Assembly (NCBI GenBank): GCA_021789555.1
Contig: JAJYJK010000001.1
Location: 4,871 to 68,870, forward strand
Source: Nitrospirota bacterium
GTDB lineage: Bacteria > Nitrospirota > Thermodesulfovibrionia > Thermodesulfovibrionales > JdFR-88
Direction of reading: 5' to 3'
Length of the DNA: 64,000 bases
The notes below the pieces were generated by a model, which worked only from the letters and a program-made list of their open reading frames with translations, searched no databases and was not told the origin of the DNA. Of the stretch, positions 38,346 to 45,757 are shown piece after piece (the first letter of the stretch is position 1; every line of letters starts with the position of its first letter). Made by a program: the position numbers and the translations under genes.

Positions 38346-39707
38346 TCAAAAGGCGCCGCCCAGTTTCTTGTAGAAGGATTTTCTGGATATGCCCAGCGCC
38401 TTTGCGGCCTTCGATTTGTTGCCCCTGCATTGGGTGAGGGCCTTTTTGACGGCCATGGTTTCAAGCTCCTTAAGGGTTTTCAAGGTGTCGGCAAGCCCCC
38501 GCCGCCTTTTAAAGTATAGGATTTCGGACGGCAGTTGCCCGGCGGTTATGGCCCCTCCAGGGGCAAGCACGACCGCCCGCTCAATTACATTTCTAAGCTG
38601 TCTGACGTTGCCTGGCCAGGAATATCGCTGCAATGTCTCCATCATGTCCGCCGGGATGAGGAGTTTTTTGTCCTCCCGGAGGCAGTATTCGTTCAGAAAC
38701 TCCGCAGCCAGCAGCGGGAGGTCTTCGATCCGGTCCCTGAGCGGGGGCATCTTGATATGCACGACGTTGACGCGGTAAAAGAGGTCCTGCCTGAAATTGC
38801 CCCTCTGGACTTCCGCCTGGAGGTCGCGGTTGGTGGAGCAGACCAGCCGGAAATTCGTCTTTATCCTGCGGCTGCCGCCTATCCTTTGCATGTCCCTCTC
38901 CTCGAGCACCCGCAGGAGTTTCGACTGGAGCGGATGCGCCAGCTCCCCTATCTCATCGAGGAAGAGGGTGCCGGCCCCGGCCTCTTCGAACCTGCCTATC
39001 CTCCTTGAGTATGCCCCGGTGAAGGCGCCTTTCTCATAACCGAAGAGCTCGGACTCAATAAGCTCGCCCGGTATTGCCGCGCAGTTTACGGCCACAAAAG
39101 GTAAATCCCTCCTGGCGCCCCCGTAATGCAGCGCCCTGGCGGCAAGCTCCTTGCCCGTGCCGGTCTCCCCGGAGATAAGCACGCTGCTTGTGGAATCCCT
39201 TACCGACTCGATTATCTCGGCAACCCTCAGCATCCCGTCCGTCCCGCCTGTGAGGTTTATGCGCCTCTGGCAGCCCGGGCCCGTCTTCAGGCCCTCCAAC
39301 TCGCGTCTTGACCGCCTGTGCCCTATGGCCCGTTCGAGCATCTTCTTCAGTTTCAGAAAATCCGGCGGCTTGACAAAATAATAAAAGGCCCCCCTCGTAA
39401 GGGCCTCCACGGCCGATTCCACCGTGCCGTGGGCGGTCAGGAATATGACGGGAGTGCCGGGATGCCTTTCCAGGACAAAATCGAAAAGCTCCATCCCGTC
39501 CCTGCCCGGCATCCGCAGATCGGTAATGACCGCGTCGATGCCCTGCCCGTCCATGATGTCCATCGCCTTCGCGCCGTCAGTCGAGGAAAACACCTTGTAC
39601 CCGTCCCCGGAGAAGATGGCCGACAGGACTTTTAGCGCATTTGGTTCGTCATCCACCAGAAGTATGCTGGCCTTATTGACGTTTTCGCGGTCCCTGGAAA
39701 TAATCAA
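38346..39707 (-). CDS. Sigma54-dependent response regulator (receiver - AAA+ - Fis-type HTH)
   Basis: ILLVDDEP...AVITDLRMPGRDG receiver, ISGETGTGKE Walker A, ESELFGYEKGAFTGA (GAFTGA) and a C-terminal GNKSKAAKALGISRKSFYKKL HTH. The TTG start overlaps the upstream stop (TTGA). Confidence 0.9.
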   Translation of the reverse strand: MIISRDRENVNKASILLVDDEPNALKVLSAIFSGDGYKVFSSTDGAKAMDIMDGQGIDAVITDLRMPGRDGMELFDFVLERHPGTPVIFLTAHGTVESAVEALTRGAFYYFVKPPDFLKLKKMLERAIGHRRSRRELEGLKTGPGCQRRINLTGGTDGMLRVAEIIESVRDSTSSVLISGETGTGKELAARALHYGGARRDLPFVAVNCAAIPGELIESELFGYEKGAFTGAYSRRIGRFEEAGAGTLFLDEIGELAHPLQSKLLRVLEERDMQRIGGSRRIKTNFRLVCSTNRDLQAEVQRGNFRQDLFYRVNVVHIKMPPLRDRIEDLPLLAAEFLNEYCLREDKKLLIPADMMETLQRYSWPGNVRQLRNVIERAVVLAPGGAITAGQLPSEILYFKRRRGLADTLKTLKELETMAVKKALTQCRGNKSKAAKALGISRKSFYKKLGGAF

Positions 39708-42400
39708 ATCAGGTTGACCTCTTCCGTCCTTTCCAGGACGCCCTGGAAATTAGGCACCGTCTTTCTGATGCAGGCCATCACATCGTCCGTGGAAAGGGCG
39801 TGGACGGCCTCTTCAAGCTCCCTCACCATATCATCAAGCTCCTCATTTGAAGGGACGCTGGAGACGGCGATCCTGAGCTTTTCGTGGGAGGCGGGCAGCA
39901 CGGTCTCTCCCGCGTCGAATAGCTCCTCGAAGAGCTTTTCGCCCGGCCGGAGGCCGGAGAACTCTATCTTTATCTCCCTGTGGGGCACGAGGCCGGAGAG
40001 CCTCACGAAATTCTCCGCCAGGTCCAGTATCTTTACCGGCTCCCCCATGTCCAGCACGAATATCTCGCCGCCGCGTCCCGAGGCGCCGGCTATCAGCACA
40101 AGCTGCATGGCCTCCGGTATCAGCATGAAAAACCTCTTCACCTCGGGATGGGTGACCGTCAGAGGTCCGCCCTTGGCAAGCTGCTCCCTGAAGATGGGCA
40201 CGACGCTGCCGTTTGTCCCCAGGACGTTTCCGAACCTCACCACGCTGAACCGCGACGGCGACATGCGGTTCATGGCTATGGTCAGGAACTCGGCCAGGCG
40301 TTTCGTGGCGCCCATGACGCTGGTCGGGTTTACCGCCTTGTCCGTAGAGACGGCGACAAAACTCTCCACGCCGTGGCGGTCCGAGGCGTAAAGGAGGTTT
40401 TTGGTGCCAAGGACGTTGTTCTTCACCGCCTCCACCACGTTTGATTCCATCAGCGGCACGTGCTTGTAGGCCGCGGCGTGGAAGACGATCTGCGGGCTGT
40501 GCCTGGAAAACAGGTATTCGATGTAGGGGGGGTCCTGTATGTCGCCCACAACGCTCGAAAGGGCCGTGCCCTCCGCCCCCCCGCCGCGCCTTAGCTCCAT
40601 GTCTATGTGGAAAAGGTTGTTCTCGTACCTGTCCAGAAGCACAAGGGCGCGTGGATTATACTTCATTATCTGCCTGGACAGCTCGGAGCCTATCGAGCCG
40701 CCGGCCCCCGTCACGAAGACGGATTTGCCTTCTATGAAATCCCTGACGGATTTTATGTCGGCGCGGACAGGCTCTCTTTGAAGGAGGTCCTCCAGGGAGA
40801 GGGGTTTTACCCGGGAAGAACCGTATTGTTTCTGAAGGGCGGAGACGAGATTATCCTCCCGTATGAGACCAAGCCCGATGAGTCTGGCGCCCAGTTTGCC
40901 GCCCTCCGCCCTCTGGAGCGAAAGGCCCATGGCGAGCTGTGAATGGGTGATGTGGCCCGAGTCGATCAGCACCTGGCCTATCCTGGGGGCCAGCGAGACG
41001 TCCCCGTTCAGGATGTCCTCCATGACGGGCAGCTTCTTTACCTGGACATTAAAGGGCTTCGAAAGCTCGTATATCTTTTTAAGGCCCTCGGGGCCGCAGG
41101 GAAGCGAGATCAGTATCTCGTCGGGCAGATGTTTCCTGATGAGTTCGGGCAGTTGTTCCTTCGCCCCCAAAATGGGCACGCCGTGAATGGAGAGCCCCCT
41201 TTTGTACCTGTCATCGTCTATAAACCCCACAGGCTCGTAGGAATTCCTGTGCCCGTTGGTCTTCATCTGCCTGACCGCGAGCTCTCCGGCGTCTCCCGCG
41301 CCCACGATGAAGACCTTCCTGAGCGCGCCCTGCTGGCTCATGTACTCATTGAATATCCGGATCAGAAGCCTCGTGCCCCCGGATATCGGGACGAATACGA
41401 GGAAATCGATGACATAGATGGAGCGCGGATATCCCTTGTCGCCGAAGATAAAAACCACCGCGGCCATGAAAAGCGCATTGCCGGCGGCCGAGGTCCAGAG
41501 GATGTCCACCAGGTCTTTTATCCCGGCATACCGCCACAGGCTTTTATAGAGCCCGGCCCGGAGATAGAAAAAGAGCCTGATGGCAAGCAAAAGAGGGACA
41601 TACGTGAGGAACTGCCTTACGTTTACAGGCGACAAAAGCGACTCGAACCTCAGGATAAAGGCAAGATAGTTTGCAGCGGCCGTCTGGACAAGCAGGACCA
41701 GGGCAAATACCAGGCGCCTCCGCCTTATTATGAAATTCCGCATGGGGCCGTAAATGGACGTGGTGATGCGTCTTCCGTCTTTTTTTGTTTTTGCCCCGGA
41801 CGTCCGCCCGGCCGCCCAGCTCCGGAGCACCGTGCCCATCATGATACGGAGGTCCTTGACGGTCCCGGCGCTCCGCAGATAGTCCTTTGAAAGCCTTATC
41901 TTCTCCGGCAGTATTTTCTTGATATAGATATCCTCGCTGGCGGGGGAAAGCGGCACCGCGTCTTCCTCATGAATGAAGCAGACGGATGCGGGGTCGGTCA
42001 CGCCGGGCCGCACGGACAGCAGGCTCTTGTAATCGTCCCTGAAAAGCTCGACGTACTTCCTCACTTCCGGCCTGGGGCCGACAAAACTCATCTCACCCTT
42101 GAGGATATTTATCAACTGCGGCAGCTCATCGAGCTTGTATTTCCTCAAAAACGCGCCAAGCGGGGTGACCCTCGCGTCGCCCCCGAACGTAACGGGCAGC
42201 CCCTCAGCGGGCGCGCCGTCCCTCATGGTGCGGAATTTATAGATGGAGAAGGGCCTGAAATTCATGCCCATCCTCTCCTGGCGGAAAAAGACCGGCCCCT
42301 TCGAGCTTAGTTTCAGGGCCAGGGCGACCACCGCGAACAAAGGCGCGAAGGCGGCGAGCCCAAACAGGGAAAAAAGGATGTCGAGCGCACGCTTCATCAA
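39704..42400 (-). CDS. Fusion protein: PglC/WbaP-type phosphoglycosyl transferase domain + CapD/PglF-type membrane-anchored NDP-sugar 4,6-dehydratase, with an inserted MshEN-like segment
   Basis: - N-terminus: KRALDILFSLFGL...GPVFFRQERMG...IYKFRTM...DELPQLINILKGEMSFVGPRPE (bacterial sugar transferase).
- Then TM helices, VFIVGAGDAGELAV and VFVTGAGGSIGSEL, then FHAAAYKHVPLME, STDKAVNPTSVMGATKR (SDR catalytic region). Confidence 0.85.
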   Translation of the reverse strand: MMKRALDILFSLFGLAAFAPLFAVVALALKLSSKGPVFFRQERMGMNFRPFSIYKFRTMRDGAPAEGLPVTFGGDARVTPLGAFLRKYKLDELPQLINILKGEMSFVGPRPEVRKYVELFRDDYKSLLSVRPGVTDPASVCFIHEEDAVPLSPASEDIYIKKILPEKIRLSKDYLRSAGTVKDLRIMMGTVLRSWAAGRTSGAKTKKDGRRITTSIYGPMRNFIIRRRRLVFALVLLVQTAAANYLAFILRFESLLSPVNVRQFLTYVPLLLAIRLFFYLRAGLYKSLWRYAGIKDLVDILWTSAAGNALFMAAVVFIFGDKGYPRSIYVIDFLVFVPISGGTRLLIRIFNEYMSQQGALRKVFIVGAGDAGELAVRQMKTNGHRNSYEPVGFIDDDRYKRGLSIHGVPILGAKEQLPELIRKHLPDEILISLPCGPEGLKKIYELSKPFNVQVKKLPVMEDILNGDVSLAPRIGQVLIDSGHITHSQLAMGLSLQRAEGGKLGARLIGLGLIREDNLVSALQKQYGSSRVKPLSLEDLLQREPVRADIKSVRDFIEGKSVFVTGAGGSIGSELSRQIMKYNPRALVLLDRYENNLFHIDMELRRGGGAEGTALSSVVGDIQDPPYIEYLFSRHSPQIVFHAAAYKHVPLMESNVVEAVKNNVLGTKNLLYASDRHGVESFVAVSTDKAVNPTSVMGATKRLAEFLTIAMNRMSPSRFSVVRFGNVLGTNGSVVPIFREQLAKGGPLTVTHPEVKRFFMLIPEAMQLVLIAGASGRGGEIFVLDMGEPVKILDLAENFVRLSGLVPHREIKIEFSGLRPGEKLFEELFDAGETVLPASHEKLRIAVSSVPSNEELDDMVRELEEAVHALSTDDVMACIRKTVPNFQGVLERTEEVNLI
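40826..40984 (-). other. Inserted tandem MshEN-type (T2SSE_N-like) candidate c-di-GMP-binding motifs, residues 473-525 of the fusion protein
   Basis: RIGQVLIDSGHITHSQLAMGLSLQ - RAEGG - KLGARLIGLGLIREDNLVSALQKQ. These are two 24-residue copies of [RK]-[LI]-G-x2-L-I-x2-G-x-I-x4-L-x3-L-x2-Q separated by 5 residues. Confidence 0.6.
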
Positions 42401-42404
42401 TCGT

Positions 42405-43556
42405 TCACCTCTTGAACTTTCTGGCCAGATGCGTCACCACCTCGATTACTCCGGAGACCTCCTCCTCCATCATCCCCGGGTATATGGGAAGCGAGATGAT
42501 CCGCCCGAATACCCATTCCGAGGCCGGGTACTCATGCAGCCCGCAGCCGTATTTGTTCCTGTAGTAGGGGTGCCTGTAGAGCGGGATGAAATGGACCGAC
42601 GCGCCGATCCCCCTCTTCGACAGCTCGTCGATGAAGCGGTCCCTGCCGATCTGCAGGGTCTCCAGGTTCAGTTTCAGGCTGTAGAGGTGCCAGGCGCTCT
42701 GCCTGTCGGGCTTGACAAACGGCGTTATAAGCTCCTCCATCCCGCCAAAGGCCTCGTCATATCTGTCGGCGATCTCCCGTCTCGCCTGCCACATCCATTC
42801 CAGCTTCGCAAGCTGCGCGAGGCCAAGCGCCGCCTGGACATCGGTCATGTTGTACTTGCACCCGGCGGCTATGACCTCGTACCGCCACGTGCCGTTTTTC
42901 GCATATCTCTTCCATGCGTCCCGCGATATTCCGTGCAGCCTGAGGACCCGCATCGCCTCGGCCCATTGCCCGTTGTCCGTGACCGCCATTCCCCCCTCCC
43001 CGGTGCACAGGGTCTTTGTGGCGTAGAAGCTGAAGCAGGTGATGTCGCCCAGGCTGCCCACCTTCCTGTACCTGTACCATGCGGGCAGGGCATGGGCCGC
43101 GTCCTCGATCACATGCGCTCCGTGCGCCCTGGCCATGTCGAGTATCTCGTCCATATCGCAGGGCTGCCCCCCAAAGTGGACAGGTATTATGGCCTTCGTC
43201 TTTTCGGTGAAGTGCCTTTCGAGCCTGTTTAAGTCGATATTGGAAGTCCCCGTCTCCACATCCGCGAAGACCGGCCTGGCGTTAAAATAGCTGATCACCT
43301 CCGAGGTGGCCGTAAACGTCATGGCCGGCACGATCACCTCATCGCCCTCCCTGAGGCCGATGGCCCGGAGCGCCAGGTGGAGGCAGGCGGTGCAGGAGTT
43401 CATCGAGACCGCGTGCTCCGATTCGACGTATCCCGCGAACCTGTTTTCGAATTCGATCGTCCTGGGGCCCATGGTGAGCCAACCGGACCTGATGGCATTT
43501 ACCACGCCCGTTATCTCTTCATCGGTTATGTAAGGCTTGTGGAAAGGGATTTCCAT
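42405..43556 (-). CDS. DegT-family aminotransferase (PglE-like, NDP-4-keto-6-deoxy-sugar aminotransferase)
   Basis: IPFHKPYITDEE...GWLTMGPRTIEFENRF...SCTACLHLAL...GDEVIVPAMTFTATSEV...FSFYATKTLCTGEGG. Confidence 0.85.
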   Translation of the reverse strand: MEIPFHKPYITDEEITGVVNAIRSGWLTMGPRTIEFENRFAGYVESEHAVSMNSCTACLHLALRAIGLREGDEVIVPAMTFTATSEVISYFNARPVFADVETGTSNIDLNRLERHFTEKTKAIIPVHFGGQPCDMDEILDMARAHGAHVIEDAAHALPAWYRYRKVGSLGDITCFSFYATKTLCTGEGGMAVTDNGQWAEAMRVLRLHGISRDAWKRYAKNGTWRYEVIAAGCKYNMTDVQAALGLAQLAKLEWMWQARREIADRYDEAFGGMEELITPFVKPDRQSAWHLYSLKLNLETLQIGRDRFIDELSKRGIGASVHFIPLYRHPYYRNKYGCGLHEYPASEWVFGRIISLPIYPGMMEEEVSGVIEVVTHLARKFKR

Positions 43557-43693
43557 GCGGGTTATCTCCTCCGGGATGAAATATTCGCCGGTCCCAACGC
43601 GTCGCCCTCTCGGTTACAGGAGAAGGTCTTTTGGACAAGATTGGCTTTGGGGATTTTCTGGAAAAATCAAAGAATTTTCCGGATTTTCAATTT

Positions 43694-44215
43694 TCAAACC
43701 GCTTCTATGTCCTCGGCCGACACTTTGACGCCGATGCTCCTGCCAAGGATCTCTATGTTCACGATGAGCATATAACCGTCTTCCTTTTTGATTATCACAC
43801 CCGCGGCCCCATTGAGCGGGCCCCTCCTGACCATCACCCTCACGCCCTCCCTTAGGGCGGGATAGATGTCCAGGTCGTCTCCCTTTCCCATCATGAGTTT
43901 TAGGGAATCTATCTCCCCGTCGGGCACCGGAACCGGCACTCCCTGCTCTCCCGAGACGAGACTCACCACTCCTCTTGCCTTGAGGACGTTGACAAAATCC
44001 GAGGGGCACGGGTTTACCCGCACAAACAGATATCCGGGGAACAGCGGGAATTCGACCATCTTTTTGCGGTCTTTCCACTGCCGGTTCCTTTTTATGAGCG
44101 GCAGATAAGACTCCACCCCCTTTTTTTGCAGTTGCCCGTAGGCCACGCCTTCGTGTCTTGATCTGACGTATATGGCATACCATTTACACCCGATAGATTC
44201 CATAAGAGTTTCCAT
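43694..44215 (-). CDS. NusG-paralog transcription antiterminator (RfaH/UpxY-like)
   Basis: WYAIYVRSRHE...LPLIK...FPLFPGYLFV NGN domain and a KOW-like C-terminus (GVRVMVRRGPLNGAAGVI). The start is ATG 44215 or 44203. The ORF-track start at 44284 would bury the candidate promoter. Confidence 0.75.
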   Translation of the reverse strand: METLMESIGCKWYAIYVRSRHEGVAYGQLQKKGVESYLPLIKRNRQWKDRKKMVEFPLFPGYLFVRVNPCPSDFVNVLKARGVVSLVSGEQGVPVPVPDGEIDSLKLMMGKGDDLDIYPALREGVRVMVRRGPLNGAAGVIIKKEDGYMLIVNIEILGRSIGVKVSAEDIEAV

Positions 44216-44227
44216 GACATCGAAAAG

Positions 44228-44243
44228 AGCAATTGGCATGCCA
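44228..44243 (-). promoter_or_regulatory. Candidate sigma54 (-24/-12) promoter for the NusG-paralog operon
   Basis: The minus strand reads TGGCATGCCAATTGCT. GG and GC are spaced exactly as in TGGCAC-N5-TTGC. The predicted transcription start falls within a few nt of the ATG at 44215. Confidence 0.4.
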
Positions 44244-44472
44244 GCCGGGAAACCGCGGGCCGAGACCGGCCAAGGGACGGGCAAGTGGCTGAAATCTTAT
44301 CCGGTTCCCCGTTTTTGGATGCCGGGGACCGGCTGGCGCGCTGTCTTGCCTTTTCCGGCTCCCGGCCTCCGGTTTCCGGTCTGTTGCCTGAGGATACAAA
44401 ATGTTTATTCCAGATACATCCTCTTTTGAGAGGGGTTGTGCAGAAAGGTAACAGACAGGGGAAGCGGGGGTT

Positions 44473-45567
44473 TTATCCGGTTTCGGGCCAGTCGGCCACG
44501 GGTCCCGTCATGGCCCCGCCGGGCAAGGCGGGGGGTTGGGCGTCCGGGTGGCTGGCGGGGATGCAGAGGCGCACCGTTGTGCCGGCCCCTTTCCGGCTTT
44601 TAATCTGCAGCAGCCCGCCGTAGTTGCGCAATATCTCCCGCGTCAGGAAGAGCCCGAACCCCTTGCCCTTGTCCGCGGCGGCCGGCCTTTCATTTTTGCC
44701 GCCCAGGACCCCTGAGCCCGTATCGGATATGCTTATTACGACAAGGCCCCGCTCCCGGGGATGATGATGTCTTCCGGCCTGCAGGAGCGTCCGTACGCGG
44801 AGTTTCCCGCCCCGCCCCATGGCCTCAATCGCGTTATTGACCACGTTCAGGACGGCCTGTTCCAGCTGGAAGGGGTTTATGACCGCCTCCGGCAGCTTCG
44901 GGGCGTACCTGAACTCGGATTTTATCCCGTTTGCCAGGGCCTGGAGCGAGACGAAGACCTCTATTTTTTTCATCAGCGAGTTTATGTCCACCGCCTGGCC
45001 CATCTCGGCAATGCCCGCGGAGAGGAACTTTGAAATGAAATTGTCCAGGCGGGAGATCTCCTCCTCCATGAGCCTGGTGAACTCCAGCAAGTGTTTTTCC
45101 TGCCGGTATCTTTCCCCGAGGTACACCACGGCCCCTTTGATCGCGTTCAGGGGATTTCGCACCCCATGGGCCAGGATGGAGGCCATCTTGCCTATGTCGA
45201 TAAGCGGCTGGTAATTATAGAGCTGTTTTGCGAGCTGGCAGTAGTCCCTGGGACAGATTGTAATCCTGGCGCGCCTTTTCCCCTTTTGGCTAAAACCTTT
45301 CCGGCCGGGACTTAAGGGCTTTATGACCACATCGGCAAAAAACTGGCAGCTTGAAAACCTCATGCAGAACGATTTCAGCGCAACCGGCGTCCCGCCGGAG
45401 ATGGCCATGCGCACGGCGTCCCTGTTGCCGGCCTTGATTTTCGGCAGTATCTCGTAATATCTCCGGCCCCTCGGATCGCCGGCGCACCCCACAAGCTCCC
45501 GGAAACCCTCTTCGGACCAGTCGATGCGGAGATTCTCATCCGTGCAAAAAGAATAGGATTTCTTCAT
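44473..45567 (-). CDS. Cytoplasmic sensor histidine kinase (HisKA + HATPase_c)
   Basis: H-box MASILAHGVRNPLNAI, N-box VLNVVNNAIEA, G-boxes ISDTGSG and GKGFGLFL. No TM segment is seen. The start was taken at internal ATG 45567 because the ORF-track start at 45768 overlaps glmS. Confidence 0.8.
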   Translation of the reverse strand: MKKSYSFCTDENLRIDWSEEGFRELVGCAGDPRGRRYYEILPKIKAGNRDAVRMAISGGTPVALKSFCMRFSSCQFFADVVIKPLSPGRKGFSQKGKRRARITICPRDYCQLAKQLYNYQPLIDIGKMASILAHGVRNPLNAIKGAVVYLGERYRQEKHLLEFTRLMEEEISRLDNFISKFLSAGIAEMGQAVDINSLMKKIEVFVSLQALANGIKSEFRYAPKLPEAVINPFQLEQAVLNVVNNAIEAMGRGGKLRVRTLLQAGRHHHPRERGLVVISISDTGSGVLGGKNERPAAADKGKGFGLFLTREILRNYGGLLQIKSRKGAGTTVRLCIPASHPDAQPPALPGGAMTGPVADWPETG

Positions 45568-45757
45568 TATCCGGAAAGGCCATCTACATATTTTTTTAGT
45601 CGAATCGGCGGAAAAGTCAAGAGGAAAAACGGCAGCGGGCGTGACTTGAAAATCCACTACCCCAAAGGAACGATTTTTGCTACTATTAAGTGCATAGAAA
45701 ACCGGGTAAAGGCCATTTTTCGGATGGCCATCATCTTTGACTGGAGGGTGAGGCATC

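Noticed and set aside
45666-45681. AGGAACGATTTTTGCT upstream of glmS, with correct GG-N10-GC spacing for a sigma54 promoter.
   Set aside because: The -24 element is weak (aGGaAC) and there is no independent support. It is kept only as a note.
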